Source: Gammaproteobacteria bacterium
GTDB taxonomy: Bacteria; Pseudomonadota; Gammaproteobacteria; Pseudomonadales; Azotimanducaceae
Length of the DNA: 64,000 bases
Reading direction: 5' to 3'
Assembly (NCBI GenBank): GCA_026707945.1
Contig: JAPOVV010000025.1
Coordinates: 50,564 to 114,563 of the forward strand
Shown here: piece by piece, positions 45,040 through 55,069 of the stretch
Layout: each line of letters starts with the position of its first letter
Numbering within the stretch: the first letter of the stretch is position 1
Made by a program: the position numbers and the translations under genes
The notes under the pieces: generated by a model
Seen by the model: the letters and a program-made list of their open reading frames with translations, nothing else
The model's database searches: none
What the model was told of the DNA's origin: nothing

Positions 45040-46143
45040 ATGGTTCGAACCAGACTCTCTCTGATTTTCGTAGCACTTTTACTCAGTCAAGGTAAAGCAG
45101 CCAAGTTGGATGAAGATTTGCTTACGGAGCTTCTCACGCCGATTCAAATCGAACAGGAAATGCCTGGTCTTCGTGCGGCGGTTCTGTATTCCGACGGAGC
45201 TCTCATTCAGTCTGCAGTTGGACTCGCCGATGTGGAAAACAACATTCCTTTGGATCACGACATCGGCATGCCGGGAGGTAGTACGGGAAAGAGCTTCGCC
45301 GCAACACTCGTCATGCTCCTCGCTGAAGATGGAACTTTGACGCTCGATGATTTAGCATCGGACTGGGTTAGCGACGAAAGTTGGTTCAAAGACCTCCCAA
45401 ATCACGAAGACATTCGTGTCCACCATCTCCTCTCACATAGTTCAGGCTTAAGCGACTATCCAAGTACAACGCGCTATATGGTGCTCTCAATATGGCGTGC
45501 GCTTCGACACGGAGGAATACGGTTCACACGCGATGAGTTGATCGAAATGGCGGCGAATAAGAAGCCACTATTTCCCGTCGGCGAGGGATTTGCTTACTCT
45601 GATTCAGGATACCTTGTTCTAGGCAAGGTTATTGAAGCGGCTACTGGACGAGATTACTACGAACTAATTCAGGATCGCGTTCTAAAGCCTCAGAATCTAC
45701 ATCAAGTTCGGCCGCAAAACGTGTCTGCTCTACCTAATATTGCGCCTGGCTACACCCGTGGCGCTCGGAATCTTCGTAAAGACGGAACCATGAAGGTTGA
45801 CCCTATTTCAGAGTGGACTGGGGGCGGTCTAGTAACTAATCCCACCATGTTGGTTCGGTTCTTCAGTGCTCTAGCGGGAGGCGCGATCGTAAAACCGGAA
45901 ACGTTCGAATCAATGAAGAATTCTGGATGGCAAGACCCAACTTCCCCTGATTGGCACTACGGATTCGGGCTATTCGTGACCCACCATGGCAACGTGGTCG
46001 AGCACGGAGGACTCTGGATGGGGTATCGCTCTCATGTACGACACTATTTAGACGATCAATTAACAATCGCCGTCCAAACCAACCGTGACGGCTCTATTAA
46101 TCTCGAAGCAATTGTCGATCAGATCGCAAAACGAGCGCAATAA
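45040..46143 (+). CDS. Serine hydrolase, beta-lactamase fold, exported
   Basis: ATG 45040 gives signal peptide MVRTRLSLIFVALLLSQG. SxxK motif (GGSTGKSF). YSDSGY (YxN-like) region. The track ORF begins at 44911. Confidence 0.8.
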   Translation: MVRTRLSLIFVALLLSQGKAAKLDEDLLTELLTPIQIEQEMPGLRAAVLYSDGALIQSAVGLADVENNIPLDHDIGMPGGSTGKSFAATLVMLLAEDGTLTLDDLASDWVSDESWFKDLPNHEDIRVHHLLSHSSGLSDYPSTTRYMVLSIWRALRHGGIRFTRDELIEMAANKKPLFPVGEGFAYSDSGYLVLGKVIEAATGRDYYELIQDRVLKPQNLHQVRPQNVSALPNIAPGYTRGARNLRKDGTMKVDPISEWTGGGLVTNPTMLVRFFSALAGGAIVKPETFESMKNSGWQDPTSPDWHYGFGLFVTHHGNVVEHGGLWMGYRSHVRHYLDDQLTIAVQTNRDGSINLEAIVDQIAKRAQ

Positions 46144-46213
46144 GCTACTTCCAACTTAAACACCATCATCTAATGTGCTAAGCGTGCAGTTTGAAAGAAT
46201 CCTGCTTTATCCA

Positions 46214-47113
46214 CTAAGTACGGAAAAGCCACCTTAAGGACTCCGCAAAGATTGCGCCACCGTGGCGCAAGCTATGACCTCCTTCACCAAACTCAAAGCG
46301 ATAGTCATATCCGGCGTAGTCAAGCGCGGCTGCTACATCTTGGTTCGCAATCGGCCAATTTCCTGGCACGATATTTGCGTCGCGACTGCCGCTTTGTAAA
46401 AAGACTCGAACGGGTTTCCGTGGCGTTCGTCGAATCATGGATGGATAGTTGTGACCGCCGCGCAGGTTTACAAACGAACCACAATGACTTAATACGCGAC
46501 CAAAGCTCGTCGGTGAATGCCAAGCCGCGGTAAATGCACAAATTCCCCCGCTCGAAATTCCGCAAATCAGTCTTTTTGAAGGATCACTTGCTAGCGTTTT
46601 GCCAGTGGTGGATTCGACCAAGGGTACGATCTCGTTATCGATAAACGTCACATGCCGATCCGAAACGGTGTCATATTCGATACTGCGTTGCGCTGGTTCG
46701 CTCTCCGAAATACCCGCAGTAACGAACACGGCAATGAGTGGAGGTAATTCGTCATTCGCGCTCATCGAGTCTAACACGCGCGTCGCTCGTACCGCACCCT
46801 CACGCCATAGATAAAAATCGCCATCATTGAAATACACAAATAGAGGCGGCTCCGTCGAATCCGCAACACCTGCGGACTCGTATATCGAAATCGTCCGAGT
46901 CGTATCTGGATAGATCTTTGATTCAGCCCAATCGCGGATACGAGTGAACTCGCCAACCGGGATTTGGCTGCCCGGATAAGCTTCGGCGCATGGGTTGTAC
47001 TGACTATCCTCCGGCACGACGGTCGACTTTGCGATCTCGTCGGAAGAGCGTCCGTTGACCTCACGCGGTGGCGGTTCATGCAAACCATACCGCTTATAGG
47101 TGTCAAAATCCAT
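46214..47113 (-). CDS. Esterase of the 'putative esterase'/enterochelin-esterase-like alpha/beta family
   Basis: Nucleophile elbow GISSGG. C-terminal GGH (EGGHSLRHG). Size about 300 aa. Confidence 0.72.
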   Translation of the reverse strand: MDFDTYKRYGLHEPPPREVNGRSSDEIAKSTVVPEDSQYNPCAEAYPGSQIPVGEFTRIRDWAESKIYPDTTRTISIYESAGVADSTEPPLFVYFNDGDFYLWREGAVRATRVLDSMSANDELPPLIAVFVTAGISESEPAQRSIEYDTVSDRHVTFIDNEIVPLVESTTGKTLASDPSKRLICGISSGGICAFTAAWHSPTSFGRVLSHCGSFVNLRGGHNYPSMIRRTPRKPVRVFLQSGSRDANIVPGNWPIANQDVAAALDYAGYDYRFEFGEGGHSLRHGGAIFAESLRWLFRT

Positions 47114-47148
47114 CTTAGTTTCCTAAATCACCGAGCGCTCGCGCAGCG

Positions 47149-50100
47149 CTACGGTCTGAATTGCAGCTCTCTGGAATGTAACTGATCAGGGAGCGAGACT
47201 AATCGGTACGCCAACTTGACCCATTCACATACATAGCGACGGGTATCGCGCGGGTCAATCATTTCCTCTATTTGGAACTTGGATAACGGTCCTAGAGGAC
47301 CGCGCGCACTCTCAATCCGTGCGTTTAACTCAGCACGTAGTGCTTCGGGGTCCTCAGCTTCGGCTAGCTGACGCCTGTACGCTGCCTCAATGCCCCCTTC
47401 GGGTGGAATACCTCCAGTATCGGCTGCTGGCCATGCGACTCGCATCGAAGGGGCCGAACGCGGTGTCGCGTAGTTGTTACCCGCCACGCCAAAACTGCGT
47501 CGCATGACGACGGTGAAAATCGGTATGCGCACTTGTGAAAATGCCACCATCCATTCGCCGCCCGCTCGAATCGTTCCGGCAATCTCGTGCTCTAAGCCAA
47601 CAGCAAACCCAGGGTTATCGACGAGATTCAATACGGGTAGATGGAATAGATCGCACAAGTCCAAGTGACGCGTCAGTTTGCGGCAGCCATCTGCGGTTAA
47701 AGCACCGCCGTTCACGTGTTGGCTATCGGACGCAATGACCCCCACCGGATGGCCGGCAAATCGTGCCAAGCCCGTTACTTGATCAGTTCCCCACAAGCCA
47801 CCAATCTCAAAGAAGGAATCCTTGTCAACGATCAAATCAATCGTGTGACGAACATCGAACGTCGTTGTACGCTTCCGCGGGATGATTGAAAACAACTCAT
47901 CCTCTCGACGGTCATCCGGGTCAGCACACGACACGATCGGCGGCGCTTCATAGACACTTGAAGGTAGATAAGACAAGAACCTTCGCACCGTCGCGGCGGC
48001 GTCTTCTTCAGTTTCAGCCAGGTTATCTACCGACCCGTTCTTGCAGTGGACGCGCCAATCTCCCAGTTCTTCTTTGGTAATGTCGTAGCCCATCGCGTGT
48101 TTGACCACCGGCGGACCAGCGACGAAGAGCTGCGCGATATCTCTTACCATCACCGAGAAGTGACCAAGCACCGCTTTCGCCGCACCGATACCCACGACAC
48201 TACCAAGGAGCATATTGACGACTGGTACGGTAGCTAACTGCTGGGTATACATAGCGCTACCTAAGTGTCCTGGCAAGAACGAACCGCCGCCACCCGCTAC
48301 GCGAGGTCTGCCAGACTTGATAGCTCCTGTACTCTCCTTTGCTGAACTCTCGCCTTCCTGCTTTTGCTGAGGTACCATCGCAGCGACGCTTCCGCCGCCG
48401 GACGATCCATCAAGCAAACGCACCGAGGGCACACGCATCTCGATCGAAAGTCGATCGAGATGGGAACTCTTTGCGCCAATGGCCCCGTCAGCATGTCCAC
48501 CACGTGACGTGAAATCATCCGCGCAAACAATAGCTGTTCGTTGTTCAATTGCGCCCCATCCGCCGACATGATTTGCGGGCGTGAACGCAACGATATTGCC
48601 TTCGTCATCATAGGAGGCGAAGCCAGTGACAGAACCCACTTCGTGAAACGAATCCGCATCAAGTAAGAGCTCAATGCGTTCTCGGCATGTCAGCTTGTTG
48701 CGGTCCCGTTGCCGAACGACACCAGGATCTTCCGATCCGATGGCAAGGCGTTCCTTCGCCAACGCCTGCAGGGTGGCAACTTGATCCAACGTTGATTGCC
48801 AATCACTCGACTCGGGACGGGCTTCTGAATCAGCAGATTTCGTGACATCAAGTGGCGTCAGTGCCGCCACGGTTTCATTTGCCTTTAGAAGATCGCCTGC
48901 ATTCAACGCCTGAATTGCATTGACGCGACCCGATTTCGGAGCCGATATGACCGTTTCCATCTTCATCGCGTTGACCACAATGATTGGGTCACCAGCATTG
49001 ACTAGGTCACCTTCGGTAATTGACCACTCTACCAGCGTGCTTTCCAACGGGACGGTGATCGCCATATCCCCATCAGGGATGCGTAACGGCGACCGAAGGG
49101 GAGCATCAGATTGAACCGTTTCTTTTAGCCCAGTTGACTCTTGCGCCGATGATGTATTGGACTGTTCAAGGAATCCAACGAAACCGTTATCACGTCGACC
49201 ATCCGCTTGGATCAATTCCGGCTGCTCGTGCAGAAGCGTGGTCCGCGCATCGCCGTTTTCGACGAGTGCGTTATGACAGATTGCCGTAAGCGAATCCAGG
49301 TTCGTACTAATACCACTAATCTGGAACTCCCCCAATGCTTGCCTCATACGAGCAAGCGTGGCTTTGAAATCCCGATTCGTAGTAACAACGACCTTCGCTA
49401 GCAACGGATCGAACTGCGCACTAACTTCATACCCGTTGTAACCGTAACTGTCAACGCGGACCCCAGGTCCCGTCGGCTCCCTATATCCCGTGATCGTGCC
49501 AGCGGCGGTCGCGGTAACACGAGCCTGAATGCTGAAGCCTTTGGTCGCTTGAACGGACGCTTGATCTTTAATTCCGATTGAAGTCAGCGATTCGCCGGCT
49601 GCAATCCGGAATTGCGCTTCTACGAGGTCGATTCCCGTGATTTGCTCCGTAATGGTGTGCTCGACTTGAATACGCGGATTGCATTCGATAAAGAAGCATT
49701 CGCCTTTTTCAACATCAACTAGAAACTCGACCGTGCCAGCGTTCGCGTATCCCGCTTCCCTACAGAGCTTCGTTGCGTGATTCAATATCGTTTCGCGCAA
49801 CGTTGGTTCCAAGTTCGGTGCGGGAGCAAACTCCATCACTTTCTGATGACGCAACTGAATGGAACAATCGCGTTCAAACAAGTGAACGACTTCACCATGG
49901 GTATCCGCAAGGATTTGCACTTCAATATGACGCGGATTGGTGATCAGTTTTTCAATGAAGATCGAGCCATCACCGAATGCTGATTCCGCTTCACCGCTGC
50001 ATCTGTCGAACTCCTGGCGCAGATGATCTTCTGACTCGACGACCCGCATACCTCTACCGCCGCCGCCAGCTGCCGCTTTCAGCATCACCGGATAACCCAC

Positions 50101-50559
50101 ATCCGAAGCAAACTTGGCCGCATCGTCTTCACGGTCCGTTGCACGATCGCTGCCTGGTACGACCGGAATACCTAACTTCGCTGCCAAGTCTCGGGAAGCA
50201 ACTTTGTCCCCGAACGTTTGCAGTACATTTGCAGATGGACCGACAAACGTGATTCCTTCATTGGACATCCGCTCGGCAAATCTTGCATGTTCCGCCAGAA
50301 ACCCGTAACCGGGATGAACGCAATCGCAAGCTGATTTCTTGGCCACACTGATGAGCTGTTCAACATCCAAGTATCCAGCGACGGAGGATGCTCCAACAGG
50401 CGTTGTCAAGACTTGGCTGTGAGTAGTGAACTGGGTGTGAAGCGACGCCCGGTCTGCGTGAGGGTATACCGCAACGCTTTCTATACCAAGACTCTGTGCG
50501 GCGCGTGCGATACGGATGGCGATTTCGCCTCGATTGGCGATTAGAACGCGGTTGAACAT
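47149..50559 (-). CDS. Single-chain biotin-dependent acyl-CoA carboxylase (BC-BCCP-CT fusion, LCC-like)
   Basis: The first ~450 aa form a biotin carboxylase (MFNRVLIANRGEIAIRIARAA, KAAAGGGGRGMRVV). Biotinyl motif VVNAMKMET (Lys codon 48961-48963). C-terminal ~530 aa form an acyl-CoA carboxyltransferase beta-subunit-like domain (TCRERIELLLDADSFHEVG, DFTSRGG). Confidence 0.85.
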   Translation of the reverse strand: MFNRVLIANRGEIAIRIARAAQSLGIESVAVYPHADRASLHTQFTTHSQVLTTPVGASSVAGYLDVEQLISVAKKSACDCVHPGYGFLAEHARFAERMSNEGITFVGPSANVLQTFGDKVASRDLAAKLGIPVVPGSDRATDREDDAAKFASDVGYPVMLKAAAGGGGRGMRVVESEDHLRQEFDRCSGEAESAFGDGSIFIEKLITNPRHIEVQILADTHGEVVHLFERDCSIQLRHQKVMEFAPAPNLEPTLRETILNHATKLCREAGYANAGTVEFLVDVEKGECFFIECNPRIQVEHTITEQITGIDLVEAQFRIAAGESLTSIGIKDQASVQATKGFSIQARVTATAAGTITGYREPTGPGVRVDSYGYNGYEVSAQFDPLLAKVVVTTNRDFKATLARMRQALGEFQISGISTNLDSLTAICHNALVENGDARTTLLHEQPELIQADGRRDNGFVGFLEQSNTSSAQESTGLKETVQSDAPLRSPLRIPDGDMAITVPLESTLVEWSITEGDLVNAGDPIIVVNAMKMETVISAPKSGRVNAIQALNAGDLLKANETVAALTPLDVTKSADSEARPESSDWQSTLDQVATLQALAKERLAIGSEDPGVVRQRDRNKLTCRERIELLLDADSFHEVGSVTGFASYDDEGNIVAFTPANHVGGWGAIEQRTAIVCADDFTSRGGHADGAIGAKSSHLDRLSIEMRVPSVRLLDGSSGGGSVAAMVPQQKQEGESSAKESTGAIKSGRPRVAGGGGSFLPGHLGSAMYTQQLATVPVVNMLLGSVVGIGAAKAVLGHFSVMVRDIAQLFVAGPPVVKHAMGYDITKEELGDWRVHCKNGSVDNLAETEEDAAATVRRFLSYLPSSVYEAPPIVSCADPDDRREDELFSIIPRKRTTTFDVRHTIDLIVDKDSFFEIGGLWGTDQVTGLARFAGHPVGVIASDSQHVNGGALTADGCRKLTRHLDLCDLFHLPVLNLVDNPGFAVGLEHEIAGTIRAGGEWMVAFSQVRIPIFTVVMRRSFGVAGNNYATPRSAPSMRVAWPAADTGGIPPEGGIEAAYRRQLAEAEDPEALRAELNARIESARGPLGPLSKFQIEEMIDPRDTRRYVCEWVKLAYRLVSLPDQLHSRELQFRP

Positions 50560-50597
50560 GGTTTGATCAGATGTTATTAGGGTGAACTGGCAAGCGG

Positions 50598-51713
50598 CTA
50601 AGAGCCGTCATTTCCTTCTCTAATTTCAAAATAGCTTTCCTCTGCGATCGCATGCCACTGACTCACAGTCCCTTGGAAATCCTTGTACGAAGCAACGACA
50701 CGTGCTGACAGTTCGTCCTCATTGGCAAGTTCGTCAAACACTTCATTGGCGTACATTCGAAATGCCGATACCACGTCGTCAGGCAACTTGCGTAATTGGA
50801 CGCCATGTTCCTCCATCATGGTGTTCAAACTCGCCATGTTACGCGCGGTGTACTCATCCAGGGTGCTTTGATTAGAAGCGCGAGCGGCGACTTCCACGAT
50901 TTTCTGCAGGTCTTCCGGTAACGATTCGTATGCCGATTTGTTGACCATCAGCTCAAGTACTGCGTTCGGCTCTTGCCAACCAGGATAGTAGTAGTACGTC
51001 GCAATGTCATGTAGACCGAATGCTAGGTCGTTGTAAGGACCTACCCACTCAGTTGCATCAATGACGCCCGTCTGTAGAGAAGTAAATAGTTCGTTTCCTG
51101 GCAGTTGCACTGCCACACCTCCGGCTCGTTGGAATACATCTCCGCCTAATCCTGGGATGCGCATCTTTAAGCCTTGAATGTCCGCTAGACTGTTAATTTC
51201 CTTGTTGAACCAACCCGCCATTTGAACGCCGGAATTTCCAGCCGGGAACGGAATCAAATTGAATGGCGCATAGACCTCGCGCCATAGTTCTAAGCCACCA
51301 CCGTAGTGGAGCCAACTGTTGGTTTCTTGCGCGGTCATGCCGAACGGCACAGTGCCGAATACGGCAAGGATCGGTGCCTTGCCTCGCCAGTAATACGCCG
51401 CACTATGACCCATCTCGGCCGTACCGCTAGAGACGGCGTCGAACACTTGAAAGGCCGGAACATACTCGCCTGCACCGAACACCTTGATGGTCAAGCGGTT
51501 GTTGGACATCTCCGCGATGTTCTGGGCGAGTCGCTCCGCAGAAGTCGCAAGACCCGGCAGGTTTTTAGGCCAAGACATGACGAGCTTCCACTCGAATGTC
51601 TGCGCACTTGTCTGACTGGAGTTCGAGTCGTCGGCAGGAGGGGATTGCTCAGTCTCTGCACACGCGGCAAGAAGTGCCGTGAGAATGAAGCCAAACAGTA
51701 GTTTTCTGTGCAC
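50598..51713 (-). CDS. TRAP transporter substrate-binding protein (DctP superfamily), possible lipoprotein
   Basis: 371 aa. N-terminus MHRKLLFGFILTALLAAC with the lipobox-like LAAC. Mature part resembles TRAP solute receptors (WKLVMSWPKNLPG..., GHSAAYYW). Confidence 0.82.
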   Translation of the reverse strand: MHRKLLFGFILTALLAACAETEQSPPADDSNSSQTSAQTFEWKLVMSWPKNLPGLATSAERLAQNIAEMSNNRLTIKVFGAGEYVPAFQVFDAVSSGTAEMGHSAAYYWRGKAPILAVFGTVPFGMTAQETNSWLHYGGGLELWREVYAPFNLIPFPAGNSGVQMAGWFNKEINSLADIQGLKMRIPGLGGDVFQRAGGVAVQLPGNELFTSLQTGVIDATEWVGPYNDLAFGLHDIATYYYYPGWQEPNAVLELMVNKSAYESLPEDLQKIVEVAARASNQSTLDEYTARNMASLNTMMEEHGVQLRKLPDDVVSAFRMYANEVFDELANEDELSARVVASYKDFQGTVSQWHAIAEESYFEIREGNDGS

Positions 51714-51794
51714 GCTATCGCCTAAGCAGGATGCGAGAAGCGTTTCATTATCAACGTGCGATTCGGTTATGTCGATGGAATCGCGACGGATTTC

Positions 51795-52835
51795 TTACTC
51801 AGTTCGCGAACATAAACCATGCTTGGCCGCATAACGCATTGATGCCGACACATCGTACACATGTGGACCGTCTCGGTTGATTTCGACATTAACCCGTTCC
51901 CCCGCTTCAATTCGATGAAGTCGGTCGCCATCGATGGCAATCAGTCCCGTGGATTTCAACTCGCAACTATGCCCGAGCGGCAATCTACTAGTCTTAGAAA
52001 TGTGCACGTCACTGAAGTAACCAGGAGAAACCGGTACCTGTCGGCTATACCCTTCGCCAAACTTAACGTATAGACCACAATCGTCGTCGGCTCCAACAGG
52101 ATCCACCAGACCTCCGATGGGCGACATGCCAATGGCGTCCGGTTCAGCCCGCGTTAACACCATTTCACGCAATTTCAATGGGTCAAAAGGGCGATAGTTT
52201 CCGACAAAATCGTTTTCTATGCGAACTACGTCAATCAGTCCGATATCTTGCACGCGGGAGTCAATTGTCAGTCGAGCCACTTTGACGCGACGAGTCAACC
52301 GTTCTTGAGGAAGAAGCCCCTTCGCGCCCATCGCCGCGACCTCACCCGCAATGGTAGCTTCAACGGTAAGTGGAAAGACATTGTTAGTACCAGTAGACAA
52401 CGGAACGAGAAAGATATTGGGCGCGGTCTTCACGATGATTCTGTGCGTTCCATCTCCGCCCAACGCCACTACGTGGTCCACGCCATGTTCACAGAACGCG
52501 CTAATTGCTCGCGCCGTATCTGACATGTCATGCGTCAGTTCGATATCAAGAACGGTTACTTTGGCGCTAAGTGACATCCACTCTAAAGCACGTTCAGCAA
52601 TCCGAAATGGTTCGCGGACGATCAAGATCTCGTCGACGCCCATGGCGTCCGCACCAGCGGCAATTCGGGCGACACAATCCATCTTCGATTCATGGGTGAC
52701 CGTCGAAGCACGCGCCGCTAAACGTCGCACATCCCTTCCCGCCATCGGATTAACGCAAATGGCGATTCGGGCAATTCCTGAATGTTTCAATGATTGCGTT
52801 CGCTTATCTCGCGGTGTCGATACGTCGTGCGCCAT
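51795..52835 (-). CDS. ATP-NAD kinase-fold protein (AcoX-like)
   Basis: GGDGT motif (VVALGGDGTHRIIV). About 346 aa, the size of AcoX-type NAD-kinase-family proteins. Confidence 0.68.
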   Translation of the reverse strand: MAHDVSTPRDKRTQSLKHSGIARIAICVNPMAGRDVRRLAARASTVTHESKMDCVARIAAGADAMGVDEILIVREPFRIAERALEWMSLSAKVTVLDIELTHDMSDTARAISAFCEHGVDHVVALGGDGTHRIIVKTAPNIFLVPLSTGTNNVFPLTVEATIAGEVAAMGAKGLLPQERLTRRVKVARLTIDSRVQDIGLIDVVRIENDFVGNYRPFDPLKLREMVLTRAEPDAIGMSPIGGLVDPVGADDDCGLYVKFGEGYSRQVPVSPGYFSDVHISKTSRLPLGHSCELKSTGLIAIDGDRLHRIEAGERVNVEINRDGPHVYDVSASMRYAAKHGLCSRTE

Positions 52836-52913
52836 CCCACGTTTTCGATTACGGACCTCTACTCAAACTAAACAGGATTTATGTTCGCGTTAAGTAGAAA
52901 GGATCCTAGATCG

Positions 52914-54947
52914 TTAAAGACCTCGTGCGTATCGCCTGAAGCGACGCCGATCAAGGATGCGACGAGGACGCTCGTAGTTCAGAAATTCCGATGGAATTTC
53001 CTTGACAAAGCGCGACACTCTCGACGTATCGACACGATCACTGAATCCTTGGTCCCGAGTTGCATAGGTTAGGTGCAGCTCCTCCATTGCACGTGTAAAC
53101 CCAACATACGCGAGGCGCCGTTCTTCATAGAGCTTTATTGGGTCGTCGAGATTCAAATGATGTGGGAAGCGTCCTTCCATCATCCCGACGATAAACACTA
53201 AGGGGAATTCAAGCCCTTTAGCCGCATGCAATGTCATAAGGCTCACCGCGGGTCCCAATTCCTCTTCGACGTCCCCTGCATCAAGACTTACGGAATCAAG
53301 AAACGACTGCAACACCGTTTTCTCGCCTTCACTTAGTTCCTCCTGGAGGAACTTCGCCTCGAATATCCCGCAGCTGCGAATGAACTCCTGAAGGTTTTCA
53401 CGGCGAGTCTCTCGTAGCTGCTCGTTACGTTCTGACTCCATGTGGTAGTCCATCAAGCCGGATTCGTAAACGCAGGTATCTGCGATCTCTAGGAGATGTT
53501 TTCCTTTACACCGAGATGCCACACGATCGATTTCGTCGAGGAATTCAGTCAATCGCGAGACTAGTCTGTCAGGGAATACCCCTTGCTCGATGCCCTCCAG
53601 CGACGCTCGCCACAGACTCAGGTCGTGTCGAATCGCATAGTCTCGAATCCGTTCTTGCGAAGCGGTTCCGATGCCACGTGGTTTGATGTTTATCACGCGA
53701 TCAAACGCGACGTCTGCTTCTCGATTGTTCGCGAGCTGCATGTAGCCGATGGCGTCTCGCACCTCGGTACGCTCATAGAAACGAGCGCCTCCCCTAATCG
53801 TGTAGGCGATTGCTTCAGCCTGTAAAGCAGTCTCTAGTGCTCGTGATTGGAAATGACTTCGATACAGGACCGCTACGTCTTCATACGTACGAGTACTGTC
53901 CTCACGCAGCCAATCCTGCAAGCGATCGACAACATAGTTCGCTTCATCCTCGCCATAGTGGCACGAGAATACATGAATCGGCTCACCATCCGCCGCGTTT
54001 GTCCACAGCGTCTTGCCTAACCGGTCATCGTTGTTCTCGATGACTTTGTTCGCTGCGTTCAGGATATTCGCGGTCGAGCGATAGTTCTGCTCCAAGCGCA
54101 CGACGTTCGTGTTAGGGAAGTCTTGCGAAAAGTTGCGGATGTTCTGCACCACTGCGCCGCGCCAACCATAAATAGATTGATCATCGTCACCAACAACCAT
54201 GACATGCGCGTCCTTACCCGTTAACAGTCGAATCCAGTGGTATTGAATGACGTTCGTATCCTGGAATTCGTCTACCAACAGGGCACCGAAGCGATCGTGG
54301 TAGTCCTTGAGCAAGTCGTCATGTTCCAAGAGCATTTCATGGCAACGCAACAGGATCTCCCCGAAGTCGACTAGTCCGTTTCTTTGACAAAACTCGTCAT
54401 AGATTCGGTAGAAGTCAATTCGTCGACGCATATCTGGGCTTCTGCCAAGCTGTAGATGCTCCGGTCGCTTCCCTTCATCCTTGACGCGGCTGATCCAATT
54501 CGCAAGTTCTGTCGGCGAATTCTGCTTGGGATCCATGTGATGCGTCTTCATGAGTTCACGAATAACTCTTCGCTGATCATCGGATGGCAGAATCTGAAAA
54601 TCTCGAGGAAGCCGCGCTAAGTCGTAATCCCGGCGCAACATGCGATTCGCGAGACCATGAAACGTCCCGATCCAAAGATGTCGCGTCTCGATACCCAGCA
54701 ATTCAGCAACGCGTCCGGCCATCACGCGAGCCGCCTTATTCGTGAAGGTGACCGCCATCAGTTCATAGGGACTGTAACCGTAGTGCTGAATTAGGTATGC
54801 CAACCGGTGAACTAGCACTCGTGTTTTGCCGGACCCAGCGCCAGCAATAACCAGCTGATTCCCTGGTTCAGCCGTTACCGCAGCCAGCTGCCGTTCGTTC
54901 AATCCCTTAGTAAGCGATGAATCATCGTGAGTATCTGTTATCGACAT
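52914..54947 (-). CDS. uvrD: UvrD/Rep-family SF1 DNA helicase (UvrD-like)
   Basis: LNERQLAAV...LVIAGAGSGKTRVLVHRLAYL...MAVTFTNKAA closely parallels the E. coli UvrD N-terminus. DEFQDTN motif present. 677 aa. Confidence 0.85.
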   Translation of the reverse strand: MSITDTHDDSSLTKGLNERQLAAVTAEPGNQLVIAGAGSGKTRVLVHRLAYLIQHYGYSPYELMAVTFTNKAARVMAGRVAELLGIETRHLWIGTFHGLANRMLRRDYDLARLPRDFQILPSDDQRRVIRELMKTHHMDPKQNSPTELANWISRVKDEGKRPEHLQLGRSPDMRRRIDFYRIYDEFCQRNGLVDFGEILLRCHEMLLEHDDLLKDYHDRFGALLVDEFQDTNVIQYHWIRLLTGKDAHVMVVGDDDQSIYGWRGAVVQNIRNFSQDFPNTNVVRLEQNYRSTANILNAANKVIENNDDRLGKTLWTNAADGEPIHVFSCHYGEDEANYVVDRLQDWLREDSTRTYEDVAVLYRSHFQSRALETALQAEAIAYTIRGGARFYERTEVRDAIGYMQLANNREADVAFDRVINIKPRGIGTASQERIRDYAIRHDLSLWRASLEGIEQGVFPDRLVSRLTEFLDEIDRVASRCKGKHLLEIADTCVYESGLMDYHMESERNEQLRETRRENLQEFIRSCGIFEAKFLQEELSEGEKTVLQSFLDSVSLDAGDVEEELGPAVSLMTLHAAKGLEFPLVFIVGMMEGRFPHHLNLDDPIKLYEERRLAYVGFTRAMEELHLTYATRDQGFSDRVDTSRVSRFVKEIPSEFLNYERPRRILDRRRFRRYARGL

Positions 54948-55069
54948 GCCGCTCTGGTCTGGCCTAATCGACCTCTATTTGGATAAAAATAAGTTCGAGT
55001 CCTTCTAACTAGTCGAAATTTCGCGTTCTTTTGACCGACACTAAATATATATCAGTGAGATAAGAACGC

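Noticed and set aside
55022-55069. Inverted repeat GCGTTCTT...AAGAACGC directly downstream of the glmS stop
   Set aside because: The stem is 8 bp, but the loop is ~32 nt and no T-run follows on the minus strand. That is not convincing as a terminator or a structured RNA.
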